Source: an uncultured Planctomycetota bacterium (GTDB taxonomy: Bacteria > Planctomycetota > UBA11346). Taken from it: DNA of 64,000 nucleotides. This document shows, piece by piece, positions 46,793 through 57,234 of the stretch. Made by a program: the position numbers and the translations under genes. The DNA lies in NCBI GenBank assembly GCA_963818245.1, contig CAWFSD010000043.1:20716-84715 (forward strand), in the 5' to 3' direction. Within the stretch, counting starts at the first letter, position 1. Each line of letters opens with the position of its first letter. The notes under the pieces were generated by a model, which saw only the letters and a program-made list of their open reading frames with translations, searched no databases and was not told the origin of the DNA.

Positions 46793-47992
46793 TGCACCTG
46801 CACCTGATCGAGCCGCTGGCCTCCGGGCACCGCCTGCAATTCGTGCGCCGCCTGGTCGAGACTCCGCTGCCCGGCCTGACCTGGAGCTTCAGCACCTTCG
46901 CGGGGACGCGCGCCCACCCCGCGTTCGCGGCGCTGGCGCCGCGCTTCACGACCATCCACGACATCGCCGACGAGGCGGGTCACCAGTCGCTCAACGCCGG
47001 AACGCGCGGACTGCGCGCCTCGCGCCTGTGGTGGCGGCTGCTGCACCGCCACTGGCAGGGCCTGCCGCCTCGCGCGCGCGAGGCGCCGCAGCTGGTGCCG
47101 TACCTCGACTACTTCCTTTACGCGGCCGGACTGCACGGCTCCCCCTTCGGCAGCGCGCCGCTTGCGGGGATTTCGATGCGCCCGTCCTTCCACTACCGCG
47201 CCATGGGCGTGCGCGCCCCGCGCGCCCTGGCCGCGCCGGTGCAGCGCTGGCTGCTCCAGCGCCTGCTGGCGCGGCCCGAGCTGGTGCGCTTCTTCACCCT
47301 CGACGAGCCGCTCGCCGACTGGCTGCGCACCCACCGCCCGCAGGTCGCGGGCAAGGTCACGTACGTCCAGGACCCCGCCGACCTCGGCGGCAGCGGCGGG
47401 GCGGCCGAGGGCCGGGCCCGCTACGGCGTGCGTTCCGGCCAGCGCGTGGTGCTGACCTTCGGCAGCATTTCCGCGATCGGGGTCGACGCGCTGCTCGCAG
47501 CCCTCGCCGCCCCCGCCTGCCCGACCGACGTGGCCGCACTGGTGGTCGGGCTCTGGCAACCGGACCTGCGCCCGCTGCTCGACTCGCCGGCGGCCCGCGC
47601 CCTGCGCCAAGCCGGCCGCCTGCACCTGCACGACGCCTACGCCGACCCCCAGGACGAGCACCTCGCCTTCGCCGCGGCCGACGCGGTGTGGATCGGCTAC
47701 CGCCGGTTCTACGGCTCGAGCGGCGTGCTAATGCAGGCGCCAGGACCGGGGTGCCGGTGATCGGCTGCCGCGACGGCCTGGTTGGCTGGAGCATCGCCGT
47801 CACAACCTCGGCGAGAGCGTGGACATACGAGCCCCGCGGTGACCGCGCGCTGGTGCGCGTGCTCGCGACTCCCCGCGACGCCTGGCGCGCGCCGCAGCAC
47901 CTGCGCGAACCCCCGAGATGGGCCGCGCGGTGCTCGGGCCGCTGCTCCGGGACCTGGCCGCGCGCGGTGCGACCGGGCCAGGCGTGGCTTGA
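46792..47992 (+). pseudogene. glycosyltransferase (GT-B, group-1-like C-terminal half); about four frame changes near the 3' end
   Basis: ATG 46792 gives MHLHLIEPLASGHRLQFVRRL... The sequence continues ...VVLTFGSIS..., HLAFAAADAVWIGYRRFYGSSGVLMQA / ARTGVPVIGCRDGLVGW / ... / EMGRAVLGPLLRDLAARG, with a stop at 47990-92. Confidence 0.5.
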
Positions 47993-48140
47993 CCTGGCGC
48001 GCGGCGGAACGCCGCTGGGAAGCCGGTGGCATTCGCGGGGCTTCAGTCCATCATCGCGTGCGCCGTAACGCGGCGCAGCGGCGGGCCGGCACCATGGTCG
48101 CGGCCGCCAGGGGACGACGGGACGCGCCCGCGGAGATGCG

Positions 48141-49323
48141 ATGGACCTCCTCCGATCCCTGTTCCCCTCGAGGCTGCCCGAGCGCTCCGCGCCCCCTGGG
48201 GACGGCTCAGGCCCGACAGCGGCAGCGGCAGTCCTCGGTGTGGACGGGCAGTGGGCGGCAGCGTGAAGTGTTCATCGACGTGGCGCGCAGCCTGGGCATC
48301 TTCGGCGCCTTGACCTTGCATGCTGACCTTCAAGGTCTGGGATCAAGTGCCGGTCGGCCTCGGCAAGGCCGTTGGCAACGGCATCTTCCGCGCCTGCACT
48401 CCGACCTTCTTCCTGCTCTTCGGCGTCATGCTGGAGTGGGTCTACGTGAGGCAGCGTGAGCGCGAGGGAGCGCCGGCGATGGCGCGGCGCCTGCTGCGCC
48501 GGTCGGGCCAGTGCTACCTCGGCATGGTGCGGGCGCGGTCGGCGCGGTCGTCGGCGGCGGCCTGACCGTCGGCGACCTGCCGGCTGCGCTGGACGGGCTG
48601 GTCAACGTGCCGATGTCCTCGGTGCTCCGCTTCTACGCGCTGGCCCTGCTGCTCTGCATTCCGGTGGTGGCGCTGCGCCCGCGCCTGGGCCCGCACCTGC
48701 CGCTCATGCTGGTAGCCGTGATCTGGGGCGCCGCGCCGCTGCTGCCACTCCTGCCATGGCCGGGGCCGGCGTCACCCTGGGCCTTCCCCTGCGCCTTCCT
48801 CGTCGGTCAGCCTCCGATGTGGGTGATCGGATCGGTTTGGCACAACCTGAGCTTGGTGTTCCTCGGCATGGCGCTCGGACACCACATGCGATCACGCCTC
48901 GACAGCGGCCTGTCACCGCTCGGCGGGTGGCCGGTGTGGACGTTGGCCGGAGTGTGCGTCGTGGTGGCTGCCGCCAGCGCCGCACTGCTCGGCCCCGCGG
49001 TCCTCGCCCAGGGTTACTTCGGCACTGCCATGTACCTGCGCGTGCACTGCCACCCGGCCTACTTCGCCATCGCGGTGCTCAGCGCACTGGCCCTGCTGTG
49101 GGTGGTGCAGCGCCGGTTTCCGGCCGGCTCCCCCGCCGGGCGGCGCTGGCCGCTGATGGCCCTGGGCCGGCACTCGCTGCTGGCCTTCGCCGTAGGCAAC
49201 GCGGGGCTCAACCTCCTGGCCGGGAGCCGGCTTGGTCTCGGACTCGGAACCCTCGCGACCTTCGCCTACATGTGTGCGCTGAGCCTGCTGATGGGCGCCT
49301 TCGACAACCGCCTCCGGAAGTGA
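48141..49323 (+). pseudogene. OpgC/acyltransferase-like polytopic membrane protein; about three frame changes
   Basis: REVFIDVARSLGIFGALTLHA / ...GNGIFRACTPTFFLLFGVMLEWVY / long intact segment 48511..49323 (SVLRFYALALLLCIPVV...HSLLAFAVGNAGLNLL...). The start is uncertain: ATG 48141 or GTG 48238. Confidence 0.45.
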
Positions 49324-49325
49324 CC

Positions 49326-50583
49326 ATGTCGGACCTCCTCGCTGACGAGCTCCGCTCCAACGCGGCGACGGTGAATTCGAGAACCCTGGCCGGCGTCCTG
49401 GCGTTCTTCGCGGGCTGCCCAGTCCTCCTCGGTTCGGCGCGTACATCGCAGACGGGGAGTCGTTCGCCATCACCGCCGGCGGCACCTTCCTGGCGCTCGC
49501 GCTGGGCGGACTCGTCGCGCTGCGCCTCGGCACGCCGCAACGCGACTTCGCGGCCCTGCACGGGCCAGTGCTCGCTTTGAGCGTCGTGGCGGGCCTCTTC
49601 TGGGCCGATTGGTTCGCCATCACGCTCATCAGTCCGTCGCCGCAGGAGAAGATGGCGAACCTGCCCATCCAGAGCCTGCTGTGGTACTCGCTTCCCATGA
49701 GCATGGCCATTTTGTGGCGGCGCTGGATCGACCTGGCCCAGGTGGCGCGCATCTTATTGGTGATGTCCTCCGTCTACGTCGCTGGCCTGACCATGCGGTA
49801 TCTCCTGGCCTCGGCCACTATCACAGCGGGCGCTGGCACGCCGGTGACTCGCTCGAATCCATCCGCAGCGGCCACTACGCCGCCTCCGCGATATGGGTCT
49901 TCATCATCTGCTGCTGCGCCCCCGCCCACCTGGTCCCGCGCGGGTTGAAGCTGCTCGCGCTCTTCAGCATGCCTTTCGCCGTATTCATGGTCATAGCGAC
50001 CAATTCACGCGGTCCGACGCTCGCGCTGGGAGCGATCTTCCTCTTCACCTCGATTCCGCTGCTCAGCATGCTCATCAGTGTGTTCGGCCGCGACGCGCGG
50101 CTGCTGGTGCTGCTCATCCTCGTAGTGGCCGCGACCGGCATCTTCATCGCAGCCCGGATCGGTTCCGTGGAGAGCGATTTCGGGCGCCTGGTCACGTTTA
50201 CGAACGACGGGGCAGCGCACAGGAGCGCCTCGGGTTCTGGCACGACTACGTACAGCTGCTCCAGAACGAACCTGTGGGTCTGCTCAGCGGGCTGGGCTAC
50301 GACCACGGGCTCTTGTACCCGCACAACGTCCCTCTCGAGCCGTGACCGTCGGCGGGCGACCCATGTTGGTCCTGCTGGCGTGCATGATCGGGATCGCTTC
50401 CGCGCTTGGCTGGCGCCCAGCATGCGCAGTGACCCACTCGCCCTGCTCTTCGCCGGATACTTCGTCTTCAATCTCATCGGCGCGCAGGTCGCCGGGTCGA
50501 TCGCGAGCGATGCGACCTGGTACGGCGCCCTGCTGCTGGTGCTCCGCCACGAGGAGCTGACCCGGGACCGGGCGGGGAGCTGA
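49326..50583 (+). pseudogene. O-antigen ligase/polymerase (Wzy)-like membrane protein; about five frame changes
   Basis: ATG 49326. The segments are ...FLALALGGLVAL...; ...IWVFIICCCAPAHLVPRGLKLLALFSMPFAVFMVIATNSRGPTLALGAIFLF...; ...ERLGFWHDYVQLLQNEPVGLLSGLGYDHGLLYPHN; and ...LALLFAGYFVFNLIGAQ. Switches lie near 49440, 49840, 50218, 50340 and 50415. Confidence 0.5.
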
Positions 50584-50592
50584 GGACCCGAC

Positions 50593-51898
50593 ATGGCGCG
50601 CATCGCCCTCGTCACGCATTCTTCGCGCACTACCGGCGCCCGGTGTTCGAACTGCTGCTCGCCCACCCGCGGCACCGCGTCACCCTGGTCGGGGACCCGG
50701 ACAGCGCGGCCCACGACCGGACCATCGCCAGCTGGGTGCCGGAGGACCGCTCGCGCATGGTGGCGACCTCCTTCGTGCGCCTGCCGGGCGGCCTGCTCTG
50801 GCAGCGCGGCGTGGTCGGCTTCGCCCTGTCCCGCCGGTACGACGGCATCATCTTCGTCGCGAGCACGACTGGCTCAGCTCGTGGATCCGCGCCTTCCTCG
50901 CGCGCGCCATGGGCAAGCAGGTCTACTACTGGGCGCACGGCTGGCGCCAGCGCGAGAGCGGCGCCAAGGGCCTGGTGCGGCGCTGCTACTTCCGGCTCGC
51001 GCACCGCCTGCTGCTGTACGGCCGGCGCAGCCGGGGCATCGCCCTCGAGAACGGCTTCGACGCGCGCCGCGTCCACGTCATCTACAACTGCCTCGACTAC
51101 CCTGCGCAGCGCGCGGCGCGCCAGCGCCTCGGCATGGCGGAGCGTCAGGCGCTCCGCCGCGACCTGTTCGGCAGCGACGACGTGCCGGTGGTGGCCTGCC
51201 CGACGCGCCTGGTGCCCCAGCGCCGCCTGGACCTGCTGCTCGAGGCGGTGGCGCGGCTGCGCGCAACCCACCAGCGCCGCGTGCAGGTGCTGCTGGTCGG
51301 GGACGGTCCAGAGCGCGCCGCGCTCGAAGCCCTGGCCGAGCGCCTCCAGGTAGAGGTGCACTTCGCCGGGGCCTGCTACGACGAGGAGCGCATGGCGGGT
51401 TACCTGACCGCCGCGACCTGCACAGTGGCGCCCGGCATGGTCGGCCTCAGCGCCATGCACAGCCTGGCTTTCGGCGTGCCGGTCTTGACCCATGGCGACC
51501 CCGACCGCCAGAATGCCGAGTCGGAGGCGGTGGTGCCGGGCCTGACCGGGGACCACTTCCGCACCGACGACGTCGATGACCTCGCCCTGGTGATCGAGCG
51601 CTGGACGCGCACCAGCTTCCCGGCGGCGGACGTCTCGACCGCGTGCATCCGCGCCATCGAGCGTTTCTACAACCCGGGCACCCAGCTCGAACTCATCGTC
51701 GAGGCGCTCGACGGCGCGCCGGCGCGCGACACCGCCGGCGAGCGCCTCCAGGCCGACGAGCTGGCGGCTGCGCCATCAGCGGATCAGCGCTGGCGCTCGC
51801 CGGGGGGCGCGCGGCACCTCGCCGGCCGTCAGGTCCGTGCCAATGCGTGTCGGCCGCTTTCCGCGAGCCACCGCCCCCGGTTCCTCCGGCGGGCTTAG
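50593..51898 (+). pseudogene. GT4-family glycosyltransferase; two frame changes (~50620, ~50860)
   Basis: MARIALVTH / FAHYRRPVFELLLAHPRHRVTLVGD... / ...WIRAFLARAMGKQVYYWAHGW... The C-terminal part reads VVACPTRLVPQRRLDLLLEAV...VLLVGDGPER...GMVGLSAMHSLAFGVPVLTH. Confidence 0.65.
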
Positions 51899-52096
51899 CG
51901 GTTGACGCTTCCGCTGCTCGGCCACGATCATGCTGACCGCAGTCTGGTCAGGGGATCCGCAGCATGCCCAGTGTTCCACCGGCGACCCGGCTCCGCGCGG
52001 CCATGTCGCGCTCCGCCCGCTGAACCCCAGCCGGTCCGCGGCGCCGCAACCGTGCAGCGTCGGGGCGGATCCCGGCCAGGGCCTCGTTCCGGAGCG

Positions 52097-53101
52097 ATGA
52101 TGCGCATCGGTTTCGTGCTGCCGGCGCACTACACCTTCACGCGCGCCAATGGCGTGCGCCAGGAGGCCCTGCTCAAGCAGCGCGGCCTGCTCGCCCTGGG
52201 CCACCAGGTCGAGCTGTGCTCGCCCTGGATCCCGCCGGAGCGGGGCTCCCTGGACGTGGTGCACTTCTTCTACGGCGGCCTGCCGCTGGTCGGCATCGGG
52301 GCGGTGGCGCAGATCGCCCCGCGGCGGCTGGTCTACTCGCCGATCATCGATTCGAACCAGACGCTGCTGGACTACCGCCTGGCGACCATGGTCGGCACCA
52401 TGTGGGGTCGCATCCACACCTCGCCGGGCGAGTTCCGCAGGCAGTGCCTGCTCGCCGACGCGGTGGTGGTGCGGTCGCACCACGAGCACCAGCGCGTGGT
52501 GCGCGGCCTGGGCATCGCGGCCGCGAAGGTGCACCTGGTGCACCTGGGCATCGACACCACGACCATCGATGCGGCGCGCGCGGCCGCCGGCGACCGCGAA
52601 GGCATCCTGCACCTGAGCGCCTTCGGCCATGAGCGCAAGAACGTGCTGCGGCTGATCGCCGCCGCCGGTCCGACCGGACTGCCGCTGACCATCGCCGGAT
52701 CGTGCGAGCCGCGCGACCTGGTGCGCGTGCAGGCGGCGGCCAAGCCGTTCCCCAACATCACCATCCGCGGCTTCCTCAGCACCGCCGAGCGCGATGAGCT
52801 CTACTACCGCTCGCGGGTGTTCGCGCTGCCCAGCCTGCACGAGGGCACCGGCCTCGCGGCGCTCGAGGCCGGCGCCCGCGGCTGCGGCGTGGTCATCACG
52901 CGCCGGGGCGGGCCCCCCGACTACTTCGCCGAGGTCGGCCACCTGGTCGAGCCGCGCTCGGTCGACGACCTGCGCGCCAAGCTGGTCGCGGCCTACCGCG
53001 ACAGCGCGCCAGCGCAGATCTCGGCGCACATCATCACGCGTTTCAACGACGCCGCCTGCGCCGCGCGGCTGCTGGCGGTCTACCAGGGCCAGGGCGCATG
53101 A
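52097..53101 (+). CDS. GT4-family glycosyltransferase (intact)
   Basis: ATG 52097 gives MMRIGFVLPAHYTF... The sequence continues ...ILHLSAFGHERKNVLRLI...LTIAGS...SRVFALPSLHEGTGLAALEAGARGCGVVIT. Confidence 0.8.
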   Translation: MMRIGFVLPAHYTFTRANGVRQEALLKQRGLLALGHQVELCSPWIPPERGSLDVVHFFYGGLPLVGIGAVAQIAPRRLVYSPIIDSNQTLLDYRLATMVGTMWGRIHTSPGEFRRQCLLADAVVVRSHHEHQRVVRGLGIAAAKVHLVHLGIDTTTIDAARAAAGDREGILHLSAFGHERKNVLRLIAAAGPTGLPLTIAGSCEPRDLVRVQAAAKPFPNITIRGFLSTAERDELYYRSRVFALPSLHEGTGLAALEAGARGCGVVITRRGGPPDYFAEVGHLVEPRSVDDLRAKLVAAYRDSAPAQISAHIITRFNDAACAARLLAVYQGQGA

Positions 53102-54309
53102 CGGTGCCCTGGCTGCTGCTCGCCACCCTCTTCAACCGCGGCCTGACCATCGCCACCCAGCTGCTGGTCGGCTTCCTGCTGGTGCCGGAGCAGGTGGGCG
53201 TGTTCGCCGTCGCCGCCGGCCTCGCGGGCATCGTCACGCCGGTCCAGTCCGGCGACCTCGCCCGGGTCGCGCTGCAGGATCCCGCCGACCCGCGCGGCAG
53301 CGCGGCGCGGGTCGCTTCCTGGCTGCTGACCGGCGCCGCGGGCGGCTGGCTGGTGGCGGTGCTCGTCGTCCCCGCTCTCGGCCTGGGCGTGGCGCGCGCG
53401 CCGCTCGCCTGCCTGGCCGCGCTGGCGGTGCCGCGCGTGCTGGGCAACGTGCGCGTGGCGCTGCTGGCGCGCGCCGGGCGCAGCCGCGCGCTGGCCGCGG
53501 TCAGCGCCGGCGACGGGCTGCTGCGCAGCCTGGGCGTGGCGGGCGGCGCCCTGCTCGGGGCCGGCATGTGGAGCCTGGTGCTGGGCGAGGCGGCGGCGGC
53601 GCTCGGTTCGCTGGCGCTGCTCATCCACCTGCACCCCGGGCCGGCGCCGGGCCCCTTCCGCCTGGCGCGGCCCCTGGCGCGCAAGCTGCTCGCGGCCTTG
53701 GGCGTGTGCCTGCTGGTGGGCATCGAGCTCAACTGCACGGCGGTGGCGATCGGGCGACTTTGCGGCCCCGCCGACGCCGGCAGCTACGCCTTCGCCAACC
53801 GCATCGCCGCGCAGTTGACGGTGCTGCTGCTGCCGCTGATCGCGCTGGAGGCGATCCCGCGCCTGCTCGCCGCGCGCGACCGGCGCGCGGACTTCACGCG
53901 GTGTCGCGCCGCGAGATCCGGCCGCCTGCTGCGCTTCGCCGCTCCGGTGGTGGCGGTGCTGGCGCTGGCCGCCCCCCCGGTGATCACCTGGGTCTGGCAC
54001 GACACCTGGCGCGCGGCCGCCGAGATGCTGCGCTGGCTGGGGCCGGCCGTAGGACTGCGCCTGGCCTACGCGCTGGCGAAGGGCCACCTCGAGGCGCTGG
54101 GCGCCTTCCGCGCCATCCTCGCGCTCACCGCGCTCGACACCGTGCTGATCCTCAGCGTGGTCGTGGCGGCCGGGAACCTCGGTCCGGCGCGCCTCGTGGT
54201 CCAGGGGTTGACGGGCGAGGCGCTGGTGGTGCTCGTGCTCGCGGTCGCGGTGGCACGGAGGAGCATCCGGGCGCTGCCCGCCGCCTCCGCACCAGCGCTC
54301 GCCGGCTGA
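53098..54309 (+). CDS. polysaccharide flippase-like (Wzx/MOP superfamily) membrane protein (intact)
   Basis: An ATGA overlap joins it to the upstream GT. It is 403 aa with ~12 hydrophobic helices and begins MTVPWLLLATLFNRGLTIATQLLVGFLLVPEQVGVFAVA... Confidence 0.6.
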   Translation: MTVPWLLLATLFNRGLTIATQLLVGFLLVPEQVGVFAVAAGLAGIVTPVQSGDLARVALQDPADPRGSAARVASWLLTGAAGGWLVAVLVVPALGLGVARAPLACLAALAVPRVLGNVRVALLARAGRSRALAAVSAGDGLLRSLGVAGGALLGAGMWSLVLGEAAAALGSLALLIHLHPGPAPGPFRLARPLARKLLAALGVCLLVGIELNCTAVAIGRLCGPADAGSYAFANRIAAQLTVLLLPLIALEAIPRLLAARDRRADFTRCRAARSGRLLRFAAPVVAVLALAAPPVITWVWHDTWRAAAEMLRWLGPAVGLRLAYALAKGHLEALGAFRAILALTALDTVLILSVVVAAGNLGPARLVVQGLTGEALVVLVLAVAVARRSIRALPAASAPALAG

Positions 54310-54592
54310 CGGTCCACACCTGCGGCGAGCATCCCAGGGCGCACGTCGGCGGTGGCGGCCCGCACGTGTCCGACACGGTGGTGCCCCTCCCTGAGGTCGC
54401 GACGGTGTTCTCGCCACACCCTCGACGTTACCGATCGGGCACCGGCATCAGCGTGCAAAATGCACGGTTATATGCTCGCGGGTGTTGCCAAGTACGCATG
54501 CGCAAATCCTGCGGGCTCCTGAATGTTCCATGGCTGGACGTATTGCTTTCGTTGCGTGTGCTCTATCTTCACTTTCGCCCACAGCGCTACCG

Positions 54593-55189
54593 ATGGACCA
54601 GCCACCTCCCCGCATCCACCTCGACCGTTACGACCAGTCCTGGTACAGCCGGGGCCGGTCGGTGTTCGTCGTCATGCTCTGGGAACTGGTCCAGATGGTG
54701 CTGATCCACGGCAGCCTGCACCCGATGTACGCGTGGCGGCGCTTCTGGTACCGGGTGTTCGGCGCGCGCATCGGCGCGCACGTGCTCATCCGCCGCACGG
54801 TGATGTGCAACTACCCGTGGAACGTCACCATCGGCGAGCACAGCTGGATCGGTGACGGCGCGACCCTGTACGCGCTCGAGTCCATCACCATCGGCAGTCA
54901 CGTGGTCATCAGCCAGCAGGCCTACCTCTGCAGCGGCAGCCATGACCACCGCGATCCCGCCTTCGGCCTGGTGGTGAAGCCCATCACCGTCGAGCACGGC
55001 GCCTGGATCGCGTTGGGCGCGTTGATCATGCCCGGGGTGCGCGTCGGTGAGGGTGCGGTGGTCGCCGCCCGCGCGGTGCTGACGCGCGACGCGGCCCCGT
55101 GGACCCTGCACCGCGGAGCCCCGGCGGTGGCGGTCGGCCCGCGCGAACTGCGCGGCGCCACGACCCCGGTCCCCGCCCCCACCGGTTGA
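54593..55189 (+). CDS. hexapeptide-repeat O-acetyltransferase, WcaF-like
   Basis: ATG 54593 gives MDQPPPRIHLDRYDQSWYSRGRS. An N-terminal hydrophobic segment is followed by left-handed beta-helix repeats (IGAHVLI, IGEHSWIGDGATL, IGSHVVISQQAYL, GAWIALGALIMPGVRVGEGAVVAA). Confidence 0.85.
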   Translation: MDQPPPRIHLDRYDQSWYSRGRSVFVVMLWELVQMVLIHGSLHPMYAWRRFWYRVFGARIGAHVLIRRTVMCNYPWNVTIGEHSWIGDGATLYALESITIGSHVVISQQAYLCSGSHDHRDPAFGLVVKPITVEHGAWIALGALIMPGVRVGEGAVVAARAVLTRDAAPWTLHRGAPAVAVGPRELRGATTPVPAPTG

Positions 55190-55277
55190 CGGCGCGACCT
55201 TCGAGACTCGAGACTACCCTGCTGCTGAGGAGCCGACCGGTTTCCCAGGGGCTCGCGCCCGTGCCCCGTGCCTCAAC

Positions 55278-56675
55278 TCACCCGCACACCGCGTCCAGGC
55301 TGTCCGCCAGGATCCCGACCAGCTCCTCGAGTTCAGCCGGCGTCGCCAGCAGCGGCGGCAGCAGGTACATGGTGTCGCCCAGCGGACGCAGCAGGGCGCC
55401 GCGCGCCAGCGCCGCGCGCGCCACTGCGTGGCCGGTGCGCGCGAGCCGGTCGCGCGGGCCGCCGTCGGCGCGGACCAGGTCGACCGCGGCGACCATGCCC
55501 ACCCCGCGCGCCCCGGCGAGCCACGGCCGGTCGCGCGCCAGGCCGGCCAGTCCCTGGCGCAGCAGCGGTCCGTGGCGGGCGACCTGGCCGAGCACGTCCT
55601 CGTCGGCGAACACCGCCAGCGCCGCCTCCGCCACCGCCACCGCCAGCGCGTTGCCGGCGTAGGTGTTGGAGTGCAGGAAGGCGCGCCCCTCGTGCCACTC
55701 GGCGTCGAAGAGGGTGGCCACCGCGTCGCTGGTCAGCACCACCGCCAGCGGCAGGAAGCCGCCGGTCAGTCCCTTGGACAGCACCGCGAAGTCGGGCAGC
55801 GCCGCCGGCGCGAGGTGCGAAGCGAGCATCGCGCCGCAGCGGCCCATGCCCGCGGCGATCTCGTCGGCGATCAGGTAGACGCCGTGCGCGTCCGCCCACG
55901 CGCGCAGGCGGCGCAGCAGGTCGGGGGAGTGGAGGCGCATGCCGCCGGCGCCCTGCAGCACCGGCTCGTAGATGATGGCGGCCAGGCGCGGTGCGAGCGC
56001 GGCGAGCTGCGCCTCCAGCGCCGGCCACTCCGGGCCGGCGTCCGCCCAGCGCGGGTCCTCGGGGCCGCGGCGCAGCGGCAGGGGTCCGAGCATGGCGCAG
56101 GGGAAGAGCAGCGCGCCGAAGGTGTCCTTGTAGAGCCCGCAGTCGCCGACGCTGAGCGCGCCCACGGTCTCGCCGTGGTAGCCGCCGGACAGCGCCGCGA
56201 AGGCGGTCCGCTGCGGCTGCCCGCGCTGCGCCTGGGCCTGGAAGGCGAGCTTGAGCGCGACCTCGACCGCGGTCGAGCCGTTGTCGGCGAAGAACACCTT
56301 GCCGAAGTGGCCGGTCAGGCGCCCGGCCGGCGCGCCAGCGCCCCAGGTGCGCGGCGGGTGCCCGTTGGCCATCGCCAGCAGGCGCTCGCACAGCCCCACC
56401 ACCGCGCCGTTGGTGGTGCCGGCGAGGATGACGTGCTCGAAGCGCTCGGCCTGCGCGCGCAGCGCCGCGCGCAGGCGTGGGTGGCCGTGGCCGAGCGCCT
56501 TGCACCACCACGACGAGATGCCGTCGAGGATGCGCCGCCCGTCCCCCAGGTGCAGCCGGCTGCCGGCGGCCCCGACCACCTCGATGGGCGGGTGGTCGCG
56601 GTAGTCGCGCATCTGGCTGCACGGGTGCCACAACGCGGCGAGGTCGCGGTCGATCAGCGATTCGGCCATGCCCAT
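55278..56675 (-). CDS. bioA: adenosylmethionine-8-amino-7-oxononanoate aminotransferase
   Basis: The ORF is an intact 465 aa. Class-III aminotransferase and BioA hallmarks are present: DLAALWHPCSQM, DGISSWWCKALGHGHP, FFADNGSTAVEVALK, LIADEIAAGMGRCG and SKGLTGG. Confidence 0.9.
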   Translation of the reverse strand: MGMAESLIDRDLAALWHPCSQMRDYRDHPPIEVVGAAGSRLHLGDGRRILDGISSWWCKALGHGHPRLRAALRAQAERFEHVILAGTTNGAVVGLCERLLAMANGHPPRTWGAGAPAGRLTGHFGKVFFADNGSTAVEVALKLAFQAQAQRGQPQRTAFAALSGGYHGETVGALSVGDCGLYKDTFGALLFPCAMLGPLPLRRGPEDPRWADAGPEWPALEAQLAALAPRLAAIIYEPVLQGAGGMRLHSPDLLRRLRAWADAHGVYLIADEIAAGMGRCGAMLASHLAPAALPDFAVLSKGLTGGFLPLAVVLTSDAVATLFDAEWHEGRAFLHSNTYAGNALAVAVAEAALAVFADEDVLGQVARHGPLLRQGLAGLARDRPWLAGARGVGMVAAVDLVRADGGPRDRLARTGHAVARAALARGALLRPLGDTMYLLPPLLATPAELEELVGILADSLDAVCG

Positions 56676-56718
56676 GACGCTAGCGCCCGAACGGGAAATG
56701 GCGACCCGCCGGGGCGGC

Positions 56719-57180
56719 TCAGGTCCGCAGGTTGAACGCGTGCCCGGTGCCGAGCGAGATCAGGCTGCTGCCGGCGTGCTCGTCGGGGATGCGCTCCCAG
56801 CCCTCGCGCAGGGTGGCGACGATCGGGCGGATCTCGGCGATCAGGGCCGGCGACTTGCGCAGGTTGCCCTCGATGATGTGCCCGATCAGGAACAGGTAGA
56901 GCTCCTTGAGCTGCTGCGCGATGTCGCCGCCCTTCTCGAAGTTGAGGGTGGACAGCATCTCGAAGAAGATCGCCTTCGCGCGCTGGCAGTTGTCGTGCGC
57001 GGCCTCCATCTGGCGCTGCTCCATGGCCAGCTGGGCGGCCGCCAGGAAGCGCTCGGCGCCCCTGAACAGCTTCACCAGCAGGTCGCGCTGCGAGATGGTC
57101 TGCAGCTCGGCGGTGCGGTACGCGGTGCGGTGCTGGGCGGTGGCGGCGTTCATGGGTGCTTTCGGCGTTTCCGGATCCAT
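56719..57180 (-). CDS. fliS: flagellar export chaperone FliS
   Basis: 153 aa, reading ...SQRDLLVKLFRGAERFLAAAQLAMEQ...AKAIFFEMLSTLNFEKGGDIAQQLKELYLFLIGHIIEGNL. It lies directly downstream of fliD. Confidence 0.85.
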   Translation of the reverse strand: MDPETPKAPMNAATAQHRTAYRTAELQTISQRDLLVKLFRGAERFLAAAQLAMEQRQMEAAHDNCQRAKAIFFEMLSTLNFEKGGDIAQQLKELYLFLIGHIIEGNLRKSPALIAEIRPIVATLREGWERIPDEHAGSSLISLGTGHAFNLRT

Positions 57181-57234
57181 CGTCTGACACCTTCATGATC
57201 GGACGGGCGGGAGCGGACTTGAGCCCGCCCGCGC

